Positions 9,865 to 19,751 of a DNA stretch of 64,000 bases are shown here, piece after piece (position 1 is the stretch's first letter; each line of letters opens with the position of its first letter). This stretch comes from Candidatus Hadarchaeota archaeon (GTDB lineage Archaea > CAYQAE01 > CAYVLA01): contig CAZUNO010000008.1 of the NCBI GenBank assembly GCA_964621445.1, positions 1 through 64,000 on the forward strand, given 5' to 3'. A program made the position numbers and the translations under genes. Below the pieces are notes generated by a model. The model was not told the origin of the DNA. It did not search any database and was given only the letters and a program-made list of their open reading frames with translations.

Positions 9865-11094
9865 TCATCTCTTCATACGTGGATCGAGGGCGTCTCGTAA
9901 GCCGTCTCCAAAGGTGTTGAATCCCAATATGGAAAGCACTATGGCCAATCCCGGAAAGAAGACCAGGAAGGCCTTCGATGTGGTTGCGTACTGCCTCCCC
10001 TCGAATATGGCCCTTCCCCAGGAAACAGCTCCCTCCTGGGCACCGAATCCCAGGTAGGATAGTGAAGCTTCGGTGAGGATTACGGTGGCTATTCCTAGGG
10101 TTACTAGCACGATGATAGGGGAGATCACGTTTGGCAGGATGTGGTGGATGATTATCCTTCTATCATTTGCGCCAACTGCCCTGGCGGCCTCCACGAAGTC
10201 CATCTCCTTTATGGACAGGATCTGGCTTCTAACCACCCTGTAGATGCCGCTCCAGGATAGTAGAGCCAGAGCCAGGAAGACAACGGCCAGACCGTTCCAG
10301 AGCGAGAAAAGGGTCTCGCTATCGATGAGAACGATATTGGTCCACGGTATCCTTACGGCGATATACACGTCCCTTAAAATGGCGACCAGGACTATGACGA
10401 ACAGGAGGAAGGGAAAGGCCATCACGATGTCATTAATCACATTGAGGACCTTGTCCACCCAGCCCCCGTAATAGGCCGCGATCGATCCTATCAATATGCC
10501 TATGGCTGCGGCCGATAACTCCACCGAGAGCCCAAGGGCCAGCGATATCCTGCTCCCGTATATCAAGACGGAAAGCATGTCCTTACCATTCCTCGTCGTT
10601 CCCAGAATATGGTTCTTGGATGGCGGCTCTTCTAGGTGTTGCAATGAGTATTCGTGGTCGTAGTTATCGGGATTGCCGGGATCCGGGTAGGGGGAGAGAA
10701 GATGAGCGAATACGGCTACAATGACCAGGGTGATGATTATCAACATGCCCACGATAGCGGCTCTATTTCTCTTGAATCTACGGAACATCAGTTCCCAGGT
10801 GTTCGTCTTGTACTTGAAGAAAATCGGATCAAAATAGCCATATGCAATCTTGAGAAAGAGGTAGAAGGCGGCAACGAAAAGGCAGGTCACCATTATCCTA
10901 TGGGGCCATATGGAAAGGTCTATGGGACCGAAGACGGCCTGCCTGTCGAGCTGGGAATAGAGCCAGCCGAAGAAGACGAGAATTGCAAAGAAGATTATCA
11001 CGAACTTGATTTTTTCCTTAAAGTTCTCCTTACGTCTCTTCACCAGTTCTTCCAGATCCTTTTCCGACTTTGTGTCCGATGACTCCTGATTCAC
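9865..11094 (-). CDS. oppC: Oligopeptide ABC transporter permease with extra N-terminal TM segments
   Basis: HILGT..GKDMLS, FVEAARAVGA EAA loop, GDGLRDALDPR. Confidence 0.92.
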   Translation of the reverse strand: MNQESSDTKSEKDLEELVKRRKENFKEKIKFVIIFFAILVFFGWLYSQLDRQAVFGPIDLSIWPHRIMVTCLFVAAFYLFLKIAYGYFDPIFFKYKTNTWELMFRRFKRNRAAIVGMLIIITLVIVAVFAHLLSPYPDPGNPDNYDHEYSLQHLEEPPSKNHILGTTRNGKDMLSVLIYGSRISLALGLSVELSAAAIGILIGSIAAYYGGWVDKVLNVINDIVMAFPFLLFVIVLVAILRDVYIAVRIPWTNIVLIDSETLFSLWNGLAVVFLALALLSWSGIYRVVRSQILSIKEMDFVEAARAVGANDRRIIIHHILPNVISPIIVLVTLGIATVILTEASLSYLGFGAQEGAVSWGRAIFEGRQYATTSKAFLVFFPGLAIVLSILGFNTFGDGLRDALDPRMKR

Positions 11095-12041
11095 GGGGTC
11101 ACCTTCTCATATTCGACTCTAGGGTCAATAACCGAGTACAGGAGATCAACTACCAGGTTGATTACTACCACACCCAGGGAAAATAGCAGGGTGGTGGTCA
11201 CTATGACTGGGTAGTCCCTGGAGGCTATAGAACTGATGTAAAGTTGTCCCAGTCCATGCCAGCCAAAGACGGCCTCGGTGATCACTGCCCCGCCAACGAT
11301 GAGTGGAAATTGTAAACCGATGACCGTTACCACCGGGAGAAGGGCGTTTCTGAATGCGTGCTTGAGTATGACCACCTTCTCCTTAAGCCCTTTGGCCCTA
11401 GCGGTCATTATGTATTCCTCCCTGATCACGCCAAGCATGGATGAACGAGTTAGCCGGGTGGTAATTGCGGCCATGGCAGTGCCAAGGGTTATGGCTGGTA
11501 GTATTACCTTTGAAAGGCCGTCCAGGCTCAGAAGGGTTTCGGGGGCTCCGATGTTGAAGATGCCAAGCTTGGTATAGAAAATGACTATGAGCATGAGGCC
11601 GAGCCAGAAATTTGGCGTGGCCACCCCTATCTGTGAGGCGATCATGGTGATATTGTCGATTATGGAGTTGTGTTTATAAGCCGAGATGATGCCCGCGGGC
11701 AGAGCTATCAGCACTGAAACACCTATTGAGATTACCCCCAGGAACAGGGTTCTCGGCAGCCTGGCCCATATCAGGTCCCCAACATCCTCTCTATAGCGGA
11801 AGGAGGTCGGGAAATCAAGGGTTATCAGGCTCTTTAGAGTGGTGTAGAACTGTACGTGAAGCGGCTCGTTTAGCCCCCATTTTTCCCTGAGTATATCCCT
11901 TGCCTCCGGGTTATCACGCCTGCCCATTGCCAGACGTGCAGGGTCACCTGGTGCGGCAATGCAGAGCGTAAATACTATGGTGTATACTCCAAACATTACC
12001 ACGAACATCAGGCCGATCTTCTTGAGGATATATTCTCTCAA
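11091..12041 (-). CDS. oppB: Oligopeptide ABC transporter permease
   Basis: PGDPA, TARAKGL, HAFRNA, RDYP, IDPR. Confidence 0.93.
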   Translation of the reverse strand: MREYILKKIGLMFVVMFGVYTIVFTLCIAAPGDPARLAMGRRDNPEARDILREKWGLNEPLHVQFYTTLKSLITLDFPTSFRYREDVGDLIWARLPRTLFLGVISIGVSVLIALPAGIISAYKHNSIIDNITMIASQIGVATPNFWLGLMLIVIFYTKLGIFNIGAPETLLSLDGLSKVILPAITLGTAMAAITTRLTRSSMLGVIREEYIMTARAKGLKEKVVILKHAFRNALLPVVTVIGLQFPLIVGGAVITEAVFGWHGLGQLYISSIASRDYPVIVTTTLLFSLGVVVINLVVDLLYSVIDPRVEYEKVTP

Positions 12042-12067
12042 CAGCAGTCACTAATCTCAGTAAATAT

Positions 12068-12089
12068 AAAAAAAAGAAAAAAAGAAAAA
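12068..12089 (-). terminator. Oligo(T) terminator between oppA and oppB
   Basis: Plus-strand A-tract (minus-strand U runs) just downstream of the oppA stop. Confidence 0.65.
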
Positions 12090-12105
12090 TGGTTAAATGT
12101 TTTCG

Positions 12106-13836
12106 CTATTGGTGGTCAGGTTCGATCCACACGTCAAGACATTTCTCGTTCGAGAAACCTTGTCCGCCCATTTTTACGTTATGGACCCATGGCTGCCAGA
12201 CCGACGTCGCCCTTGGGTGGAAGAACCACCATTGCGGGTTGTCCTCCTGTAGGATGGCCGTCATCTCGTGGTACATGTCGAGTCTTTCCTCGGTATCCGT
12301 TTCCTTCTTCGCTCCATCTGCGAGAGCGTCGAAGGTCGGGTTCACGTACCGGGCGCTGTTCGGATCGGGTATATTGTCCGATTCCCAGAGAATCATGAAG
12401 TTCTCGGGGTCCGGATAATCGGTCCCCCATCCCAACGTCATCAAGGTGTAGTTACCCTCGTCCATGTTACCAATCAAGGTCGCGAAGTCGTACTGGTTGT
12501 AGGATGCCTCGATCCCTATCTCGCGTAGGTTGGCAAGATGGGTCTCGGCGGCGGTTTGCCATGTGTTGCTGACGTAGCTCTGGTACTCTATTTCAAGTTC
12601 CTTGCCCTCGTATTCCCTGATTCCATCGCCATCGGTGTCCACTATTCCGTTTTCATCCAACAGCTGTTTGGCGGACTCGGGATCGTAGGTGTACTCGTAT
12701 TCGTCGTATAGCTCCTGGGAGAAGCCCCAGAGAGATGGCGGTAGCGGTCCTCTTGCCTCGATGTGTCGACCCTTGAATATGGTGTCAAGGATCTCCTTCT
12801 TCTTGAGGCCGTAAGAAACCGCATTCCTGATCGCCTTCTCCTTGAAAGGCCAGCTCTCGCAGTTAAAGTACAGCCAGTAGGTCACCAGCTCGGAGTATGT
12901 CTTGGAATACTCCTGCATCTCCTCGTCCTCGAGGTATTCCTCCCAATGCGTGGAAGGCACACCAGAAACCGAGACATCTCCTGCCAGGAATCCCTGCCAG
13001 ACGACCTCCTCATCCTCGTGCACGTAATACTCGTACTTGTCCAGATACGGGCGCTTGTTCCAGTAGTCGTCGAAAGCTTCGAGAACTACCACCGAACCGG
13101 CGTCCCATTTCACGAACTTGAAGGGTCCGGTCCCAACTGGGTTCTTGGACCAGTCATCACCCGCGGCCTCCACTTCCTCCTCTGGAAGGGGTGCGAATGA
13201 TGGATAGGCGAGCTTGGCCAGGAAGGGCACGAACGGGTACTCGAGGGTCAGCCTAACGGTAGTGTCGTTAAGGACCTCAACATTCGTGATCTCCTCGGCA
13301 AATCCGGCTCTGGGGGATGCAAGTTCCTCGCTAACCAATCTATCGAATGAATACTTAACATCCTCCGCCGTCATGTTCCGCCCATTGTGGAATTGAACTC
13401 CCTCTCTTAGATAGAAGGTGTACTCCAACCCATCGTCACTGACATCCCAGGACTTCGCCAAACCAGGCTGAATCTCGGTTGTGCCGGGTTCGAAATGTAC
13501 CAGGGTGTCGAATACCTTCGTGCAGATCTCGATGGATGCCTCGTCGGTCACTAGTTGCGGATCAAGTGTAGATGGTTCAGCTCGCCACCTGGTAAGAGTT
13601 CCGCCAAACTTGGTGTCATTGCGGCCGGGGTACTCGTCGTCCTTGTTTATTACGCCATCGCCGTCGTCGTCTAGATACTTGGTGTCATCTTCTCCGGGAT
13701 ACTGATCTTCACTGTCGGGGATTCCGTCCCCATCTGAGTCTTTCTCTTCAGATATGCAACCGGAAAGAGCGATGATAGCCCCAACTAGAACGAGGCTTAT
13801 CAAAACGCTCATCCAGCGCAGTTTTATATTTCCCAT
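12106..13836 (-). CDS. oppA: Oligopeptide-binding lipoprotein (SBP family 5) with N-terminal DxDGDG repeats
   Basis: Lipobox LSGC; LDP, LAKSWDVSDDG, FHNG, PVGTGPFK, WGTDYPDP; ATG 13836 has a purine-rich SD. Confidence 0.92.
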   Translation of the reverse strand: MGNIKLRWMSVLISLVLVGAIIALSGCISEEKDSDGDGIPDSEDQYPGEDDTKYLDDDGDGVINKDDEYPGRNDTKFGGTLTRWRAEPSTLDPQLVTDEASIEICTKVFDTLVHFEPGTTEIQPGLAKSWDVSDDGLEYTFYLREGVQFHNGRNMTAEDVKYSFDRLVSEELASPRAGFAEEITNVEVLNDTTVRLTLEYPFVPFLAKLAYPSFAPLPEEEVEAAGDDWSKNPVGTGPFKFVKWDAGSVVVLEAFDDYWNKRPYLDKYEYYVHEDEEVVWQGFLAGDVSVSGVPSTHWEEYLEDEEMQEYSKTYSELVTYWLYFNCESWPFKEKAIRNAVSYGLKKKEILDTIFKGRHIEARGPLPPSLWGFSQELYDEYEYTYDPESAKQLLDENGIVDTDGDGIREYEGKELEIEYQSYVSNTWQTAAETHLANLREIGIEASYNQYDFATLIGNMDEGNYTLMTLGWGTDYPDPENFMILWESDNIPDPNSARYVNPTFDALADGAKKETDTEERLDMYHEMTAILQEDNPQWWFFHPRATSVWQPWVHNVKMGGQGFSNEKCLDVWIEPDHQ

Positions 13837-14011
13837 TTTATTCTCCCCTGCGAAAAGCAAAGCGCTTGCCTAGCTCTCGTACGCATGGGTAGTAATCAAT
13901 GAGCTCTCGTCGATTATTAATAAGTATTTGTCTAAAACGGGTCTTTCGTTCCTTTTTCGATATCTTGAGGTTTCAACACGTTTTTCGCCCCCTCAGAACT
14001 TTTGTCCAACA

Positions 14012-14028
14012 GAAAGGAAGTTATAAAG
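14012..14028 (+). promoter_or_regulatory. BRE-TATA promoter of polB
   Basis: GAAAGGAAG-TTATAAAG about 55 nt upstream of ATG 14083. Confidence 0.5.
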
Positions 14029-14082
14029 ATTTCAGGCATCATTTTTCTTTACCCGTTCATCCAGATAGTTGGACCGGGGATT

Positions 14083-16524
14083 ATGAACTGCGATCGATCG
14101 AAGACGAATCTTCACGTGCATGAATTGGATTACGTCATCGAAGATGGCATCCCTGTATTGCGGTTATTTGGTCGAGACGCCTTGGATAGACCCGCAGTCG
14201 CTCTTTTCAGTAAATTCCGTCCCTATTTCTACTGTATGCCCAAGCCGGATTCCAGCCCCAAGAAGCTGAGGGAGAGGATCATAACCCCCGAGATGTCCAG
14301 AAAGGCACACGTGATCGATGCCAGGGTGGAGACGAAAGGATGGAAAGGCGCGGAAACCGATCTAGTCCGGGTTATTCTAGACAGTCCCAGGAATGTAAGG
14401 GAATCCCGGTCAGTTCTAGGTCGCATACCTGCAGTGGAGGATACCTATGAAAAGGACATACTGTTTAAGAGACGTTTCATCATCGACAAGGGGATTGAAC
14501 CACTTGCGGAAATTTCCGTAAGGGGGAAAGGTGAGCCCTGCGAACAATTTTCGGATTACATCATACGAGATGCGGAACTGGAGGAGGTCGGTAAAGGAGA
14601 TTACCTGGAAATATCCGATCTCCGCGTGGCAAGCTTTGATATTGAAGTGGCCTGCAACAAGGCACCTGATGCCGAGAAGGACCCGATCATAATGATCGGC
14701 ATAGGTGACTCCGATGGGTCCAGGGTCCTAAGCTGGGGTAGTAAATATCCCGGTGGCGAGTGCTTCGAATCAGAAGGGGAGATGATCTCCAGGTTTGTGG
14801 ATATCGTCAGGGACAGGGATTATGATGTGTTAGTCGGTTATAACTCGGATTCCTTCGACCTCCCCTACCTGAAGAAACGTGCACTTAAGAACGATGTGAA
14901 GCTACTGCTTGGAAGGGACGATTCAGAAGTTCGGTACAGACCGGGTCCCATAACGGGAAGATCAATCATTAGGGGTCGGGTCAATATAGATCTCTATCCC
15001 GCAGCTCGTCGGATGCTGAACCTATCCAGGTATACACTGGACGAGGTTTATCACCACTTTTCGGGAAAAAAGAAACGGGACCTGGATGTAGATCAGATTT
15101 CGAGTCTGTGGGAGAGGGGAGGGTCCGAGGGAGTTGCCTCAGTTGCGAAATACTGCAAATCCGATGTGGAGGCAACGATGCTCATCGCGGACGAGATTCT
15201 CCCGACCCAGATTGAGCTTTCAAAGGTAACAAAGCTGTTGCTGACTGATGTTTCGAGGATGGGGCAGTCACAAATGGTGGAGTGGCTGCTTATTCGAAAG
15301 GCCCACGAGAGGAATCTCCTGGTCCCCAATAAGCCCAGATCTCCGGAGATCGCCAAAAGACGTAGGGAGACCTATGAGGGTGGCTATGTCCTGGAGCCCA
15401 GAAAGGGCCTTTGGAACAGGATTGTTGCCCTGGATTTTAGAAGCTTGTATCCCACTATAATAGTAACCCATAATGTTGACTCATCCACCATGGACTGTAA
15501 ATGTTGTGAAGGGGAGAATGTATCTCCCACCGGACACATGTTCTGTAAAAGGAAAGAGGGCTTCATCCCCTCCATCCTCGCCCCCCTGATTGAGAGAAGA
15601 GGGCGGCTCAAGGAACAAATCTCGGAACTTCATGAGGAGGAAAGGACCAGTCGGAAGAAGGACGCGATGCAGAGAGCATTGAAGATACTTTCAAACTCAT
15701 TTTACGGGTACACAGGGTATCCCTATGCGAGATGGTATTCAAGGGAGTGCGCGGAGAGCGTTACTGGTTGGGGCCGTCTATACATAAAGAAGACCATAGA
15801 TATGGCGGAATCAAATGGATTTCAGGTCCTCTACTCGGATACCGATTCCGTCTTCATCACCAGGGAATCGGCTGATGAGAGTGAATTGAAAGGACGGGCG
15901 GAGGAGTTGCTCCGGGAAGTGAATTCTTCCCTTCCAGGAATTATCCAACTGGAGTATCAGGGATACTACCCTCGCGGATTTTTCGTCAGTAAGAAGAGGT
16001 ACGCCCTGATCGATGAGCTGGACCAGATCCGAAGCAAGGGTCTGGAGGTGGTGAGAAGGGACTGGTCACCGATAGCAAAGGAAACCCAGCAGAAGGTCCT
16101 GGAGGCGATTTTGGAGAAAGGAGATCCCTCCCTGGCTGCGGAACATGTGACTCAGTCGATAAAAGATCTTTACCAGAGATCGGTAGATATCGAGGATCTA
16201 ACCATATCCACCACTATGACCAAGAGGATAGAGAACTATGAGTCAGACGCGCCACACGTTGCACTCGCCAAGCGTCTCATGGAGAAGGGTAGAAAGGTCG
16301 ATAAAGGGGCCACATTGGACTACGTGGTAAGGAAGGGAAGGGGAAACGTGGGGGACAGGGCCGCCCTAGCCGAGGATGCATCAATTGATGACTACGATAT
16401 TGAGTACTATGTTGAGAAACAGGTTCTTCCTCCCTCCATGCGGATTCTATCCACCTTCGGCTATAGAGAGGATGATATAAGGCACTATAAGACGACCCAA
16501 CAGACTCTGGACAGTTTTGGGTAG
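14083..16524 (+). CDS. polB: Family B DNA polymerase (archaeal PolB3 type, no intein)
   Basis: Exo motifs FDIE, YNSDSFD, YCKSD; Pol motifs DFRSLYP, KILSNSFYG, YSDTDS; PIP box QQTLDSF. Confidence 0.96.
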   Translation: MNCDRSKTNLHVHELDYVIEDGIPVLRLFGRDALDRPAVALFSKFRPYFYCMPKPDSSPKKLRERIITPEMSRKAHVIDARVETKGWKGAETDLVRVILDSPRNVRESRSVLGRIPAVEDTYEKDILFKRRFIIDKGIEPLAEISVRGKGEPCEQFSDYIIRDAELEEVGKGDYLEISDLRVASFDIEVACNKAPDAEKDPIIMIGIGDSDGSRVLSWGSKYPGGECFESEGEMISRFVDIVRDRDYDVLVGYNSDSFDLPYLKKRALKNDVKLLLGRDDSEVRYRPGPITGRSIIRGRVNIDLYPAARRMLNLSRYTLDEVYHHFSGKKKRDLDVDQISSLWERGGSEGVASVAKYCKSDVEATMLIADEILPTQIELSKVTKLLLTDVSRMGQSQMVEWLLIRKAHERNLLVPNKPRSPEIAKRRRETYEGGYVLEPRKGLWNRIVALDFRSLYPTIIVTHNVDSSTMDCKCCEGENVSPTGHMFCKRKEGFIPSILAPLIERRGRLKEQISELHEEERTSRKKDAMQRALKILSNSFYGYTGYPYARWYSRECAESVTGWGRLYIKKTIDMAESNGFQVLYSDTDSVFITRESADESELKGRAEELLREVNSSLPGIIQLEYQGYYPRGFFVSKKRYALIDELDQIRSKGLEVVRRDWSPIAKETQQKVLEAILEKGDPSLAAEHVTQSIKDLYQRSVDIEDLTISTTMTKRIENYESDAPHVALAKRLMEKGRKVDKGATLDYVVRKGRGNVGDRAALAEDASIDDYDIEYYVEKQVLPPSMRILSTFGYREDDIRHYKTTQQTLDSFG

Positions 16525-16540
16525 AGGAGAGGAATCCTCC

Positions 16541-17563
16541 CTAGCTCCAGTTACGAAGATCTGTCTGCCTTCCCTTTGGGGCCGAGGAGGTCCCCTCAAG
16601 GGCCTTTTCTACCCGGTCAGGGGAGAAATCAAATTCTCCGCATAGAATATCCTCAAGTTTCTTCCTATCGGGGTGCTGGAACTCCACTTCGTATTGGTCT
16701 CTTGACCGTGGTCTGGAGAAGAATTCCATAATATCCTTGAAATCCACATCGAAATCCCAATCCAACTTGTCTAGAAGGTCAGAAGGACTATCGTATTCCC
16801 TTACCATGTTCAGGCCTCTCTTGGGCCCAATTCCCCGGATCCCTCCCTGGTTGTAATCAGTACCCACCAGTATTCCCAGCATTATGAGCTGATCTTGGTT
16901 TATCCCAAGTTCCGTGAGGATTTCCTGCAGTTCAATCAATTGTAGTTCGATGTTGACGTATTCATTTCGATTCGGGAGCTTTCTCCGTCCGGTCATGGTC
17001 AGGTTTCTCACCAGTCGGGGGGAGCCGAAAAGGAGAGAGTCAAAGTCCTGGCTACTTGCGCCCCAGACATCTCCCCTGGCGGCCATGGTTGCCGCCTGGG
17101 CCTCGCCCTCGGTTGGGGCGTCGACATAGGGAAGTCCAAGGGCTGATAGTATGTTTCTGCAGTTTCTAACCATTTCCGGGGTTAGGCGAAGGGCGGACTG
17201 TGCATATTTTCTGGCCTTCTCCATATCCCCCTCCTTAAGTGCCTCTTTCCAGCGGCTTTTGGCCTCCTTTCTGGCCTCCTTTCGTTTGCGAATAACCTGC
17301 TTCTTGAATCGGGGGGGAGGCCCATCGAAGACATATATGGGCTTAATCCCCTCGGCAAGGATTCTCAGAGTTCTATAGAAGAGACCTGAATAGACAGAGG
17401 TAACTCTACCCTGCGAGTCGCGTAAAGGCTGACCATCAGGCTGTCTGATAATGGCCAGGAACTGGTGAAGAGCATTATAGGCATCTATAGCTACCCTTCT
17501 TCCTGATAGAAGCTCTAGTGTGATCGGTCTTCCCGGAAATAGATCGGCGAGGTTGACTCCCAT
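16541..17563 (-). CDS. fen: Flap endonuclease 1
   Basis: MGV start, IDAYNALHQFL, EGEAQAA, SQDFDSLLFG, GTDYN..GIGPK, PIP box QTDLRNW. Confidence 0.96.
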   Translation of the reverse strand: MGVNLADLFPGRPITLELLSGRRVAIDAYNALHQFLAIIRQPDGQPLRDSQGRVTSVYSGLFYRTLRILAEGIKPIYVFDGPPPRFKKQVIRKRKEARKEAKSRWKEALKEGDMEKARKYAQSALRLTPEMVRNCRNILSALGLPYVDAPTEGEAQAATMAARGDVWGASSQDFDSLLFGSPRLVRNLTMTGRRKLPNRNEYVNIELQLIELQEILTELGINQDQLIMLGILVGTDYNQGGIRGIGPKRGLNMVREYDSPSDLLDKLDWDFDVDFKDIMEFFSRPRSRDQYEVEFQHPDRKKLEDILCGEFDFSPDRVEKALEGTSSAPKGRQTDLRNWS

Positions 17564-17583
17564 TAGTGATCATATCTCGAATT

Positions 17584-17769
17584 CTATTCGGGCTTGTTCT
17601 TCAGCCTGGTCAGATATCCGGCTAATCTGTTTCTGTATCTCTTGGAAATGGAGAAAACTTCGGCAAGGAGCTTCTTATTTTCCTCGAAATCGCTACTCAC
17701 CATATGTGGGTAATTCTCCAGAATCTCATTTCCAACATTCTTTATGTAAGATGGCTTAACTAGTCCCAA
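17584..17769 (-). CDS. rps17e: 30S ribosomal protein eS17
   Basis: DFEENKK, SKRYRNRLAGYLT. Confidence 0.93.
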   Translation of the reverse strand: MGLVKPSYIKNVGNEILENYPHMVSSDFEENKKLLAEVFSISKRYRNRLAGYLTRLKNKPE

Positions 17770-17773
17770 TAAC

Positions 17774-17971
17774 TCACCTCTGGAATCCCACCTTATTTTC
17801 CTTGCCTCTGATGACCGTTAGGGGAATGGCATCCTTCTCAAACTCCAATAGGGCAATGTCTATTGGATCCTCAACGCCTTCCGGAGTCTCGATCACCACT
17901 GGCGCACCCATTGCAATTTGAAGGGCTCGTGCGCCAATAATCCTAGCTTTTTCGTACTTAGTGTATCTCAA
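17774..17971 (-). CDS. rpoK: RNA polymerase subunit K (Rpo6)
   Basis: [30 protein letters not shown]. Confidence 0.95.
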   Translation of the reverse strand: MRYTKYEKARIIGARALQIAMGAPVVIETPEGVEDPIDIALLEFEKDAIPLTVIRGKENKVGFQR

Positions 17972-18070
17972 ATAGCCTCCTCACTGGAGAGAGGATTTTT
18001 AACCAAATGCTTCGAACACTTTAAATATATTATCTAATCAATTCATCGATCTCCGAGGTGAACCCGCCGC

Positions 18071-18571
18071 TTGTTAGCTAAATCAATCTTGAATGCATTA
18101 TGGTTTATTCTTCCGGCCTATTTTGCAAACGGTTCAGCTCTCATTTTTGGTGGGGGTCGTTCAATCGACGGCGGTGCCCAATTTTTCGACGGAAGAAGAC
18201 TTCTCGGGGACGGGGTTACGATCCGAGGAACGCTCTTGGGAATTGTCGCAGGTTCCATAATCGGGCTCATCCAGGGAATTATAGGCGGGGAGATGGTATT
18301 TGGTTTGCTGCTCGGTTTTTTGCTAGGTCTGGGAGCAATGGTTGGAGATGCTTTGGGAAGTTTCAGCAAACGGAGGTTGGGGTTGGAGAGCGGGTCCCCG
18401 GCTCCGGTTCTGGACCAGGTGGGCTTCGTTATATTTGCATTTTTATTTGCATGCCTGGTTACTAGCCTTGAGCTGGGCATGCTTATGATTCTCCTCGTTC
18501 TCACCCCGGCAATTCACTTAATTACAAATGTGGTGGCCTTTAAGATAGGGATAAAAGATGTCTGGTACTAG
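18071..18571 (+). CDS. carS: CDP-archaeol synthase (DUF46)
   Basis: LPAYFANG, DGRRLLGDG.T, GDALGSFSKRRLG, LDQ, KDVWY. Confidence 0.92.
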   Translation: MLAKSILNALWFILPAYFANGSALIFGGGRSIDGGAQFFDGRRLLGDGVTIRGTLLGIVAGSIIGLIQGIIGGEMVFGLLLGFLLGLGAMVGDALGSFSKRRLGLESGSPAPVLDQVGFVIFAFLFACLVTSLELGMLMILLVLTPAIHLITNVVAFKIGIKDVWY

Positions 18572-19582
18572 GTGATCAAATTGTCATTATTGGATTCCTT
18601 GCAGGAAGAAAGGACTATCATAGACGAGGAGCTGGAGAATGTAATTCCCAGGGATTCCGGGATAGAGAATCTCTACGATGCTCACTGGGAGTTCATGGGT
18701 GGAGGCGGCAAGAGATGGAGGCCCATAATGTGCCTTTTGGTACACAGAGCTCTTGGTGGTTCAGCCGAGAAGATATTGCCCTACGCAGCTGCCATAGAGC
18801 TGGTTCACAACTTCAGCCTAATACACGATGACATTGAGGATGGGGACAGGAAGAGAAGGGGAAAGCCGACCCTCTGGGTCAAGTATGGAATTCCCAAGGC
18901 CATCAATATCGGAGACAACTTGTTAAACAAAGCCTACGAGTCGGTCATTCGACTTGAGGATAAGGGGGTGCCCAGCCCAGATATTCTATGGGCTGTAAAG
19001 ATGCTTTCCAGGTCGACTGCCATTCTATCAGAGGGTCAGGCCATGGAGATGAATTTTCTGGAGAGATGGGATGTATCGGAGAGGGAGTACATCGAGATGG
19101 TATGGAGGAAGACCGGGGTTCTCATATCGGCGGCCTGTGCGGGAGGAGCATACCTGGCCGATGCGAGCGAATCGTTGGTCCAGGATATGAAGGACTACGG
19201 AATGCTCATCGGGCCCGCTTTCCAGATTGTTGATGATGTTCTAAACATCTCGGGGGATTTTGATAAATACAAAAAAGAAATTGGAGGGGATATCGGCGAG
19301 GGAAAGAAGACTCTGATGGTCATTCACCTATTGGAGCATGCCTCCCCAGAGGACCGAAGGATAGCCAAGAAGATACTTGGGAAGCCTAGGAAGGAAACCA
19401 CGGCCTCCGACTATGAACGGGTAATAAGCATTATGAACAAGCAAGGTTCAGTTGAATATGCCAGGAAATTGGCCGAGAACAAGCTCCGAGAGGCTAAGGG
19501 CAAAATGTCCTCCCTGCCCAGCTGTCAGGAGAGGAAATTGCTCCTAAGGATGACCGACTTCCTGGTTAGAAGAGATTTTTAG
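18572..19582 (+). CDS. idsA: Short-chain isoprenyl diphosphate (GGPP) synthase
   Basis: GGKRWRP, FSLIHDDIED..RRG (Phe five residues before FARM), GQ, KTG, FQIVDD. Confidence 0.9.
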   Translation: MIKLSLLDSLQEERTIIDEELENVIPRDSGIENLYDAHWEFMGGGGKRWRPIMCLLVHRALGGSAEKILPYAAAIELVHNFSLIHDDIEDGDRKRRGKPTLWVKYGIPKAINIGDNLLNKAYESVIRLEDKGVPSPDILWAVKMLSRSTAILSEGQAMEMNFLERWDVSEREYIEMVWRKTGVLISAACAGGAYLADASESLVQDMKDYGMLIGPAFQIVDDVLNISGDFDKYKKEIGGDIGEGKKTLMVIHLLEHASPEDRRIAKKILGKPRKETTASDYERVISIMNKQGSVEYARKLAENKLREAKGKMSSLPSCQERKLLLRMTDFLVRRDF

Positions 19583-19610
19583 GACCGTTATTGGAACTTG
19601 GCGTGATAAA

Positions 19611-19751
19611 ATGTGGAAAAAGGGCATCTGCGATAAGTGTGGGTCCAAGGCCATGGTAAAGAGGACCAGGGGCAAGACTCTTTGCCGGGAATGTAAAAAA
19701 GAGCTTAAGAGGAAGAGAAAGATGGAGAAGATCCGACGGGACAATTACTAA
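19611..19751 (+). CDS. Small basic C4 zinc-finger protein, 46 aa (not in ORF track)
   Basis: MWKKGICDKCGSKAMVKRTRGKTLCRECKKELKRKRKMEKIRRDNY; two CxxC; fills the idsA-ef1b gap. Confidence 0.65.
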   Translation: MWKKGICDKCGSKAMVKRTRGKTLCRECKKELKRKRKMEKIRRDNY

